A stretch of 61,638 nucleotides of DNA, the filler included, from Chiloscyllium plagiosum (lineage: Eukaryota), in the NCBI RefSeq assembly GCF_004010195.1. It is 4 parts of one record of this genome, joined end to end, with 100 filler letters (N's around TTAATTAATTAA, not from the genome) between each part and the next. Parts side by side here need not be neighbours in the genome. Positions count along the whole stretch, not along the records: positions 38,200 to 61,638 come from NC_057710.1; 3 more parts are not named here. The stretch is one strand, 5' to 3'. The notes under the pieces were generated by a model. That model was not told the DNA's origin. It saw only the letters and a program-made list of their open reading frames with translations, and searched no databases. A program made the translations under genes and the position numbers. Below, one piece after another: positions 50,736 through 61,418 of the stretch (its first letter is position 1; each line of letters starts with the position of its first letter).

Positions 50736-51319
50736 TCATCCATTTTAAAAGTGGTTCTTGGTGCATACGTGTGGGTGAAGATGGGCGAGGCCAGCTTTCA
50801 GCCACCACAGCAGATTTGCCCATGAGTTTGGGTTCTAGTGTGGCCTGACTGCACTCTGATTGGTCGGCCTGGACAAATGTCAAGCATTCATGAGTCGGAC
50901 TAATCCAAACTTATCAATCTTTGATTTATCATGGAATATGCTTCCATTGTTTCTCCTATTGTGTGGGCAGGAATGACTGACAACTTCAAAACAACCAGAG
51001 TTTGACTCATTGTGATTTCACTGTGTCAAAAATAATGATCCTGAAATGAAGTAAGACGTAGGTGGCGATTTCTGATGAGTGGGATCTTTCTTGCTGTACG
51101 GTTTGCTCGTGCAGAAATCAGAGTGCTACTTTCTGGAAGATTAATAAGGTTCATTGATTTGTCAAAAAATTGTGAATGAGTTTCATTTCTCTGAGCAATT
51201 TCAAAACCATATAAGTTACGGTTTTTCCTTCATGTTTGTCTCTTCTCGATGCTTCCTTTCTAACCCTGTCTCTTTTTTCTATCTTACCATTTATTTCTAC
51301 GTCCCTCTTTCCACTGATC

Positions 51320-52842
51320 AATCCCATTGCTCCCTATTGACACAATAAAAGGGGAAAAGTGGCTCAACAATGGCTTACAAAAGAAATTCGGGTTAGTACT
51401 AGATCCGAAGAGGAGGCAGACAAAACTGTCAGAGAAAGCAGCAAACACAAGGACTGGCAACATTTTCGAATTCAGTAAACGAGGACAAAACATTTGATGC
51501 AGTGTGGGGAAATAGAGTATGAGAGAAAAAATACAGGAAATATAAAAACTAACTGTAAAAAACATCTATGAATATGTGAAGAGAAAAAGATTAGTAAAGA
51601 TAAATGTAGGTCTCATTCAGTCAGAAACTGGAGAAGATTTAGTGGGGAACAAAGAAGTGGCAGAAGAATTGAACCTATATTTTACATCTGTCTTCACAAA
51701 AGAGGGCACAACTCACCTCCAAGCAACATTTTGAACCTGAGGGTCTGGTGAGTGGGAGAGATTGAAGAAAATCAGAGTTGCTAAGAAAATAGTGCGAGAG
51801 AAATTAATGGAGTTATACATTAACTATTGAGTGGATTGGTGGTCACCTTCCAAAAATTTATAAATTCTAGAGAAGTTTCTATGGTTCAGAAGGTGGCAAA
51901 TGTAACCCCACCATTTAAAAAAGGGAGAGAATAAGTAATAAATATTTAGTTCTAATGTCTCATATCTGCAATGGGGAAAATTCAAAACGGTATTATAAAA
52001 GACGGGATAACAGTACATTTGGGAAGCATTAACGAGATTGGGCTGGTGTGGGTTTATGGAAGGCAATTCTTGCTTAACCAATCTTTTCAAAAGGCTTTTG
52101 ATAAGGTCCCTCATAAGAGGTTAGATCTGTGGGCAAAATTAAAGCACACTGGGATATTACAGTGGCATGGATTGAAAACTGTTTGACAAACAGAAAACAG
52201 AGTTTGGATAAAAGGGTCTTTTAGCAGATGGCAGACAGTGACAGCAGGGTACGGTAAGGATCAGTACTTGGGCCCCAACTATTCACAACATGTATAAATA
52301 GCCTGGATGAGGGAACCTAATGCAACATTCCAAGTTTGCTAAATACAAAACTTATGAGTTTTGAGGAGGATGCAAGGAGGTGTCAAGGTGACTTAAGACA
52401 CATTGAGTGAGTGAGTGGGCAAACACATGACAGATGCAATACAATCTGGTTAAATGAGGGGATTAGATTGACAAACATAAAATTCTAACAAGGCTTGACA
52501 CAGTAGATGTAGGGAGATGGTTGAAGAGTCTAGAACCAGGGTCACAGTCTCAGGATATGGCAATTTACAAATGAGATGAGAAAAAAATCTTTTTGCTCAA
52601 AAGGTAGTGAACCTGAGGAATTCTCTATCTCAGAAGGTTATTGGACCAAGTCATTGAAAGTATTCAAGGAACATGAGAAATATATATAAGGAAATTAAAG
52701 GCTTTGAGGAATATGGGGGAAAGTAGGAATGTGGCATTGATGCAAATTATCAGCCATGATCATATTAAATGGCAGAGCAGACCCATGGGACTGAATAACC
52801 AACTCTTGCTCTTAGTTTCTATGTTTCAATGTTTCTATGTTT
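51320..52842 (+). mobile_element. Degenerate CR1 ORF2 and 3' UTR
   Basis: WLTKEI, tattttacatctgtcttcac, FQKAFDKVPHKRL, and tail tttctatgtttcaatgtttctatgt. Confidence 0.88.
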
Positions 52843-53389
52843 ACTCTCGCTCCCCATACTCTTCTTGGTGACATTAAGTCCCCTTCTCTTAAACTGTACC
52901 AAACCTGAGTAATCCCCTTAAGCAGGTCTCCCTTGGGTGAACTTGCATCTTTACTGCTTGGTAGGAAACAGACTATTGCTATATTAAATGTGAAACTGGA
53001 GTCTCAGTTCCATTGACTTCACATTTCACCGTATTGTAAGCAATGCCTCAGAGAATCGAGACACAGAGTGCCAGCAGTGAATAACAATGTATCCTTGAAT
53101 GTGTCATTATGGGGTCATGCTCTATGAATTATTACAGATACTTATCTTCTACAAACATCACTACCAAACAATGGATGCTCAACAGTTTATTTAGCAGCCA
53201 CATCATTATCCTGAACAGCTTTATGGGCAGTCAGCCGAGTGCTCTTAAACACTGGCTAAAATGTAACCCCAGAGGTTTGGTGTCAGGAGGTGTTTAATTG
53301 GTGGGTGGAAATCCAGCCAGCTTCCTGGCTTCATCTTGATTAAATCTATGGGGTTTCTGGATTTTAAGGGCCTTCCATCCACCAAAACC

Positions 53390-53560
53390 ATCCCCTCCCC
53401 TCCCCTCCACCAACCACCTTTCCTCCCTTCCCCCAAATACCTTCCCCTCCCCTCTACACATCAACTTCCCCTCCCCTCCACTTCCTCAAACACCTTCCCC
53501 TTCCCTCCACTAGACACCTTCCCTTCCCCTCCCATCCACCAAACACCTTCCCTCCCATCC
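53390..53560. repeat. C-rich polypyrimidine low-complexity tract
   Basis: Repeated accttcccctccc(c)tcca-like units. Confidence 0.8.
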
Positions 53561-56500
53561 TGTCCTCTCAAACCCAAACCAGCAATTGAGGCCTTTAAGT
53601 GGACGATGATTGGCATCACTTTTCAAACAGTAGTCGCTGTAGGGTTTGCCCATACATGTAGCCTGAAAAGCAAACCGAGTGTGGGTTTCAGGTTTCCAGT
53701 GGAGATCTGTTATCCGAAGACAGTCAGTGTCTGTTTGAGGGACCAGCATCAGGAAAAAGAGTGCTTGCTGAGAGCTACCTCTCTGCCCTTGCTACCAGCT
53801 GCCTCCTAGTGACCCTGCCTTGAGGCCCCGTCCTGCCATCACACATCTGCAAACTGGGCACATCAATGATCCTTGTTCTTAGATGGGTGCATTACCAGCA
53901 ACAGCCTTGATGGCGCTGCTGCACAGATGAGCTGCCAACAGCTCCACCCTCAGGGTCCTCGAACCGGGAGTGGGGGAGCAGGGGGGATGATCTGCTATTT
54001 CTGTTCCTGTTTCAGCTGTATTGGCATTAAATGCTAATATCCATATTCTATTAACATTTATATGGATAGCATTAGATAAATCAGGCACTACCTGAAAAAA
54101 TGCCAGTCCTGAAACTGCAAATTTATAAATGACCATAATGCAACCATGTGTCCTGAAGTTTTCAAGTGATGGAGATGTCACTTTTTCCTTTGAAAACTTG
54201 CATTGTGAGATTGACCTTGGGAAGGAAGGTTGTCTTGGAAACAAATGTTTTTTTTGTGGATTGCTACTCTGCATTTTGTCATTTCAGAGGACATTGGGTT
54301 TCTGGTTTTGTCAATTCCTAACAGTCCATTTTATGTTTTTCAAAACACGGTCAGTCTCTTTTTATTGCGCCTTTGTTGCAGTAAGGATATGACACTGGTG
54401 CATTTCCCACACTGATTGAGGCAAAATTGTGAAGGATATCTTTGAACTATTTCAATATTGTTTGTAATCTCATCATGCAAAGGTCCATGTGCAACTTACA
54501 TGCCCCGGAATTATATAAAAACATTAGCTAAGCTATACCTCAGGTATGTTTGTTGCAATGCCAATGTATCCTCTTCAGAAATCCAAGAACCCTGTTTTTG
54601 CATCGGTTGTTACCTGGTGATCGATGAATGTGCATTGAAGAGATATACCCCCCCACCCCCGGTTTGTTTGTGTAATCACTTGTTGGAGAGCCATTACAGA
54701 ACTTAAAGATGTCTGTTGGTGGATCCGTCTTCTTAGTAATTAATCTGATGAGCCTTTCTTAAAAGAGGTGAAGCATGTCTTTTGTTGTCTTTCCAGCCAA
54801 CAGCAAGACTCCTATCACCTCCTATTAAATTCCACCCCGTGTTCAGCGATGTATTTGTTTTCTGTGATCCTGATGTTCACCACTAGGTGACACTGTACCA
54901 ATACATTTACATGAACACAGCAAATGTCTCTGTGAAGATGAATAATAACAAATTTTTTAAACTTCATCACTATTTCAACAAATAAATAGCTATCAGGAAA
55001 GCAAAGAACAGTGTTAAAGGTAGAAATGTAGGTTGTAAAGTTAAACCAATCAAAGGTTAGAAATGTGGGCTGTTCGGTTGGGCAGGAACTGCACTTACTT
55101 GTCAGTGTTCCACAATAACTCCATGGTGTTCTGAAGAAGATTTCAGGTACAGTTCAGCAAATCTGAAACAACATGAATTGTAATCAAACATATAAGCCAT
55201 CTCCCGAAGAGCATTAAAAGTTTCAACCTTGCTGGTCATTTTAATTGGTTTAGGCATCCAATTGTTTCACTGCCTCTGCATTAAAATGACTCATCGTGCA
55301 ACACTTCTCCCCACCATTGAGTGAAAACCTTTGCAGACAGCTGCCCCTACAATGAACACAAAAACCAGGCCATACATCATGCAGCTTGCAGTCCCCAAAT
55401 CCCCTCTCCCCACTTGGCTGCATGAAGCAAAATATTTCATTCTGGGACGTTGCAACAGCACCGCCATCGTGCTTTAAAGGAAAAGCATAATGTACTCTTA
55501 CCTTCCCCATCAATGAGCCAGGGATTGGTTTCTCCCCATGAATACTTCACTCACCTATTTTATTAAGTTCTCCTCCTTCCTCTACTTTTTCATCCTCCAT
55601 GTGCTTCTATTTTTCATTTTAATCCCCTCCTCTCCACCCTGTCCTTTACATTCCCAGGTCTCATCCCACCCTCTTTCCCATCTATTTTCTTTCTTTCTGC
55701 TCTATACTGCTGCAGCCCAATACTCAATATTGACTCAATTCTTCTTATCATCTGAGGTAAAAATGGAACAACCAAATTTTCAACATCTCACATTTCTGGA
55801 AGGTGGATCTCTGGAGATGGCCTATTGGCCACACAGAAGTTTGAGTAACAATATTCATTTTCTTAGAAAAGGCAAAGGAAAAAAAGTGCCCTAACCTTGA
55901 AGGTTCAAAATTCAAATAATCATGCGTAACTCATTGCATGTTAAAGTATCTTTCTACTCTTTGTTTTTCATAAGAGAACACAAAAAGATCAGAATGTGCT
56001 AATTTTAACGACAGAAAGCAAATTCTGAGAATGAAATATACATACGAGCCACAATGAGAATCTATCATTTTCTTGTCTTTTTGTAATGTCTTTTTAACTC
56101 TTGACCAAGTGAAAATATCTGTAGTTTTACATCTTTAGAAACCAATTGTTCAGATGAAACTGACTTCCCTTGGAGTGTGCCAGTAGTAATGCAAACCAGT
56201 TACCAGCAGTCTTAAGTTTTATGGGTCTCTCCCGCCAAGTGCAGAATAAGCTGATGCTGCTATTGTATTTTTCTGAAATGTGCTCAGGACATTTGTACTG
56301 ACCTTTGAGTCCAGTTTGTGGAAATCCCCTGATCTCCCCCCACTGGACCAATGTTTGTTTTAAAAACGTGCACTGACAGAGAAACTTTGAGGACTTGATG
56401 TGAAAAAGATCTGTTCCGACTAACTTTGATGTGAAAAATATTGTGCAACGTCTGCAAAATATCCTGAGTGAAATGATACCAGAGAGGGTAGTTCAAATTT

Positions 56501-56966
56501 TTAAAGTCAGCATAGGAGCCCTGTCACTTGCCTGAAGCCGGACATTGAAAAATGCAAAATATTTCAGGTTTGGCATCTATTCAAATTCTGCAAGCAAGAA
56601 ACAGGACCTGCTGCTGCTTGTACCTAGTGCAAAGTTGCATCAGGAGACTGGGCCTTGTTACTTGAGGAGGTCAAAGAGAGGCTGGAAATGGGCTGCAATT
56701 TTGTATTTTCCTTTGGAACCAAAGATAACCTCTAACCCAAAGGCTCATTTCAATTTTTCCCAAGCGTCCACCATTAAGGCTTATTATATTTTAGGTCATT
56801 TACTGCCTTATACAAATGAGTTCAGTTTGGGTGACACACAGTGCATCCTCTTGTACCTGAAACCGTAATTGGGCCCTACATCTGATTCACGACATCAACT
56901 CTCACGTATAAACACACGGACATCTTGAAATGGGCTGTTGGGAAACTGGCCAATTTACAGACAATG

Positions 56967-57069
56967 AGGTAAAATTGGCCCTTCCTGGACCTCTCCATCT
57001 CAAACGTCGATTTTGCCTGTCCTCGGATGCTGCCTGAATTGCTGTGCTCTTCCAGCACCACTGATCCAG
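56967..57069. mobile_element. Composite PLE micro-insertion; 15-bp TSD
   Basis: TSD aatttacagacaatg at 56952-56966 and 57070-57084. Contains aggtaaaa, a PFLDLSI-coding piece (56979-56999), and a plus terminal repeat starting at aaacgtcg. Confidence 0.8.
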
Positions 57070-57084
57070 AATTTACAGACAATG

Positions 57085-57648
57085 GCTGAGTGGCTAGAAT
57101 ATTAATGCAGAGACTCAGCTAATATTTTGGGGGGGCCCGGGTTCGAATTCAGCCATGGCAGATGGTAGAATTTGAGTTGAATAACAAATCTGAAATCAAG
57201 AGTGTAATTATGACCATGTAACCATTGTTGATTGCCAGAAAAGAGGGTGGCACAGTGGCTCAGTGGATAGCACTGCTGCCTCACAGCACTTGGGACCACG
57301 GTTTGATTCCACCCTCGGTACATCGGTCTGTGTGGAGTTTGCATGTTCTCCCCGTGTCAGCATGGGTTTCCTCCAGGTGCTCTGTTTTCCTTCCAAAAAT
57401 GTGCAGGTCTAATGGATTGGCCATGGGAAATGCAATGTTACAGGGAAAGAGTGGGGGAACAGGGTGAGTCTGGGTGGGATACTCTTTAAAGGGTTGATGT
57501 GGATTCGATGGGTCAAATGGCTAGCTTCCACACTGTAGAGATTCTAAAATCCTACTTGGTTTACTAATGTTGCTCAGGGATAGCTGCCACCTTTACCCAG
57601 TTTGGCCTGCATGTGTTTCCAGATCCACGGGAATGTGGTTGACTCTTA
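57085..57648 (+). mobile_element. tRNA-derived SINE interrupted by an HE1-type SINE (57245-57546)
   Basis: B-box gggttcgaattc, ccatggcagatggtagaatttgag, gaccatgtaaccattgttgattg; resumes after 57546 to aatgtggttgactctta. Confidence 0.8.
57245..57546 (+). mobile_element. HE1-type V-SINE
   Basis: gggtggcacagtggctcagtgg..gcactgctgcctcacagc, V-domain, ttccacactgtagagattcta tail. Confidence 0.88.
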
Positions 57649-58029
57649 TCATCTGAGGTAAAAATGGGACAACCAAATTTTCAATATCTCACATTTCTGG
57701 AAGGTGGATCTCTGGAGTTGGCCTATTAGCCACACTGATGTTTGAGTAACAATATGAATTGTATTCAAACATATAAGCCATTTCCCGGAGAGCATTAAAA
57801 GGTTCAACCTTGCTGATCATTTTAATTGGTTTAGGCATCCAATTGTTTCACTGTCTCTGCATTAAAATGACTCATCGTGCAACACTTCTCCCCACCATTG
57901 AGTGAAAACCTTTGCAGACAGCTGCCCCTACAATGAACACAAAAACCAGGCCATACATCATGCAGCTTGCAGTCCCCAAATCCCCTCTCCCCACTTGGCT
58001 GCATGAAGCAAAATATTTCATTCTGGGAC
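57644..58029 (+). repeat. Local duplication of 55743-55854 plus 55167-55448 in permuted order
   Basis: Direct alignment: 57644-57755 matches 55743-55854, and 57748-58029 matches 55167-55448. Confidence 0.95.
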
Positions 58030-58694
58030 ATTGGGTTGGAAGTTCAGGCAATTTCAGGTGGACAATGAATACTGGCCCAGCCAGTGATGTCCACTTTGCA
58101 TGAATGAAGGGAAAAACCTGCCAGAAAAAACATCGTTTGAGCCTGTGATATTAATTGATAACTGCTGGATGGTGGTCATCCATCAGTATATAAGTGGTTC
58201 TGAAAGGGTTAATGTTGTAAATTGCATTAAACTCCGCTCAATCTGATGATGCCATACAAGTGAGGATAAGGCATATGATCTTGGCAACTTGTGAAGTGCA
58301 GATCTATAGCCACAGGCCCCCTTGCATTCTTGGTAACAATGTCTTATAATTTCATGCAACTTGCACTTAATTGCTTTCATGCAAAAAGCTACATCCTGTC
58401 AAGACAAGAGGTAATTTGAAGCAGAAGACACAGTTAGTTGGGGTGGGGGGCTTGTGAGGTCAAGATAACACATTTGTATTTCGAACAGTTCTTTGGGTGG
58501 GAAGAATGTATTAAGGCTGCAGTCTAAAGGCTTTATTTGGAAAAGACTGGACATTACACATCAGGATGTGAAAGATGAGAAATCATTTTGCACTCATAAA
58601 CATGAACAATCTACATTATGTCTTTGAAAGGTGTAAGCATCAATTTTTACTGCAAGCCAGTGAGAAAGCTCCCAGTAAACGGTACAATTATACA

Positions 58695-59369
58695 ATCACT
58701 TCCGCCACCTCCAAACAGACCCCAGCACCAAGGATATATTTCCCTCCCCTCCCCTATCAGCTTTCCGTAGAGACCACTCCCTCCGCGACTCCCTTGTCAG
58801 ATCCACACCCCCCACCGACTTATAAAATGATCAATGTGTGAAAGAATGAAAGAGGAAGTGAAACTAAGATGACCATTAACTCCCCCTCCCACTCCACCGA
58901 GGATATGCAGGTCATTGGACTCATCCACCGCCAAACCACAACAACGTGACGGTCGGAGGAGGAGCGTCTTATCTTCCGACTGGGAACCCTCCAACCACAG
59001 GGGATGAACTTGGACTTCACCAGTTTCTTCATCCCCCCTCCCCCCACCTTGTCTCAGCCGAATCCCTCCAGCCCGGCTCCGCCTTCCTGACCTGCAGTCT
59101 TCTTGTTGACCTCTCCGCCTCCATCCTACTCCGACCTATCACCCTCACCTTGACCTCTTTCCACCTATCACATTTCCAACGCCCCTCCTCCAAGTCCCTC
59201 CTCCCTACCTTTTATCTTCTCCTGCTGAACACTCTCTGCTCATTCCTGAAGAAGGGCCTGTGCCCGAAACGTCGAATCTCCTGTTCCCTGGATGCTGCCT
59301 GACCTGCTGTGCTGTTCCAGCAATAAAGTTTCAACTTTGATCTCCAGCATCTGCAGACCTCTTTCTCCT
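58695..59369 (+). mobile_element. PLE fragment: RT-EN linker, GIY-YIG C-terminus and 3' terminal repeat with HHR; 10-bp TSD
   Basis: HFRHLQTDPSTKDIFPSPPLSAFRRDHSLRDSLVRS and NSPSHS..EEERLIFRLGTLQPQGMN. HHR attc-CTGAAGA-a-gggc-ctgt-gccc-GAAAC-GTC-gaat at 59242-59277. TSD caattataca at 58685-58694 and 59370-59379. Confidence 0.92.
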
Positions 59370-59594
59370 CAATTATACAGCATTCCTGTTTTAGAAAATT
59401 ACAAAACTTTAAAAGGAGAAAATGCAACTTTGCTATTTTCAGAATTAAAAGTCATCAAGAAAAGGCAATTATAGCAGCATTGATGAATCCAAAAGCATTA
59501 CGAAGAATAAAAATCATTTAGGAAGACATAGAAGAAAAAAGTAATACTACCTGCAAAATTTAATATCAGTGATGGACCAAACAGGACTCCTGGT

Positions 59595-59828
59595 AAAAAC
59601 AATGAGGTAAAAACAATGACTGCAGATGCTGGAAACCAGATTCTGGATCAGTGGTGCTGGAAGAGCACAGCAATTCAGGCAGCATCCGAGGACAGGCAAA
59701 ATCGACATTTCGGGCAAAGCCCTTCAACAGGAATTTATTCCTGATGAAGGGCTTTTGCCCGAAACGTTGATTTTGCCTGTCCTCGGATGCTGCCTGAATT
59801 GCTGTGCTCTTCCAGCACCACTGATCCA
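59595..59828. mobile_element. Palindromic PLE insertion with HHR; 18-bp TSD
   Basis: Arms at 59644-59734 and 59737-59828 with a 2-nt spacer. TSD ccaaacaggactcctggt at 59577-59594 and 59826-59843. Confidence 0.93.
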
Positions 59829-59889
59829 AACAGGACTCCTGGTTGGTATCTTGGAGAAAACAGAGTTTAAGATACAGAATTGCATCAAC

Positions 59890-60900
59890 TTTGATACTAA
59901 ATTACATACTTACTGAATGAGTAAGTGTATTATTCTCTTCAATAGGACACAGCTGATGATGTTCTATATTGTCGCAGCATAAATGTAGACAAAGATTGTT
60001 TCGAAGAAGTTTTATAAGATTTGGACAGTTATCTCAATATGAGAATAAGTAAACCTTTTGAAGGAGTAAGAATTAGCAGAAGAGTTCAGTATTGCAAGCA
60101 GCATTCCGGCTCAGTGGTTAGCACTGCTGCCTCACGGCACCAGGGACTCAGGATCAACTGTCTGTGTGGAGTTTGCACATTCTCCCCATGTCCGGATTCT
60201 CTGGGTGCTCCAGTTTCCTTCTACAGTCCGAAGAAGTACAGATTAGGTGGATTGGTCGTGCTAAAATTGTCCATAGTATCCAGGGATGCGGATTAGCCAT
60301 GGAAAATGCAGCATTACAGGGTTAGGGTAGGATGATGGTTCAGAATGGGGTGCTCTTTGGAGGATCAGTGTGGACTCGATGGGCTGAATGGCCTGCTTCC
60401 ATTCTCTAGAGATTCTATGATCTAGGCAAATCTATGGTCAATTTCAATGATGAATGCCACAGATTAGTGGAAAACTGCAACTATGGAACGTTATTATCAG
60501 AATTTATCAGAAAGGGAATTATTGATGGAATTATAGATGTCTGTTGTAAGGTTATAGTACAACTCAGAGAGTACTTGGTTTTGGAGAAAGCTATTCAGAT
60601 TCTGCTGCAAGCAGAAATCAGGGAGAGCCACAGACAAATACTGAGTGGAGAAATACAGGAGAGCAACTGAAACAGACCACTTTATATGGTCTTAATACTA
60701 AAGATACCACATGAACAGATTCAAGGCACAGTGAAAAAAAGTGAAATTACCTGGCTCAGAATTCAGAGTCATCAAAGAAAAAAAATACTAGTTCCCACAG
60801 AGCCGCTGTTTTCTATGATGGAAATTCTTGCAAGTAAAGGCCCCCAGATGATGTCATGGATCAACTGCTTGAATTAGAAGGAAAGGGTTCCTCTGTGAAG
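59890..60900 (+). mobile_element. Decayed Gypsy/Mag-type gag interrupted by an HE1 SINE
   Basis: ADDVL..FEEVL*DLDSYLNMR upstream of the SINE; ORF 60434-60670 HRLVENCNYGTLLSEFIRKGIIDGI..LVLEKAIQILLQAE downstream. Similar to the gag at 11500-11900. Confidence 0.7.
60108..60423 (+). mobile_element. HE1-type V-SINE
   Basis: ggctcagtggttagcactgctgcctcac, V-domain, gggctgaatggcctgcttcc..gattctatgatcta tail. Confidence 0.88.
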
Positions 60901-61418
60901 ATCCTCCCCGCAGGTAGAGACTTCACTGATCACGCAGAATCAAGGTCAACAACCATCGAGGCAAAGACACGCCCAATCTTCCAAGTCTGAAGATCGAACA
61001 TCCTGGACAAATTGTGAAACCTCCAGATCATCTGAATTTGGGAAGTCAGAGACTTGGGTGGGAGGGGGTGGGGGGTGATGGTTCGCGATAAATGTAATTA
61101 TCTAGATCAATGTGTAAATGTTAACTATGAGAGAAAAGCTTTAGCGAGATGTTGTATAACGTGATTATTCTGAAAGTGTTAATGATGGAGACCACTTTAA
61201 GCTAGACCCAATCTGATGATGTCAAGTAGACTTGGTGGGGACAAGGTGGAAAATCTTAGCATTTCAGGGATATATCTTTAGGTCTCTTCATGACCTTAGT
61301 AGCGATGTGCAACAAATATAACTTGTATCTAATTGTTATCACATGCATATTATGGAGACAAGAGCCAGTTCTTAGACCGAGTAGAGGCTCCTTTTCCACC
61401 GTAAACCAATAGGGCCTT

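Noticed and set aside
53336..53809. 157-aa proline-rich ORF
   Set aside because: Driven by a C-rich low-complexity tract.
55250..58031. Duplicated Cys-rich peptide ORFs (55250-55513 and 57831-58031)
   Set aside because: Identity follows from the DNA duplication; no domain or splice evidence.
61050..61410. Possible PPT and 3' LTR of the 59.9-60.9 kb Gypsy fragment
   Set aside because: A G-rich tract followed by TG is present, but I found no second LTR copy to confirm it.
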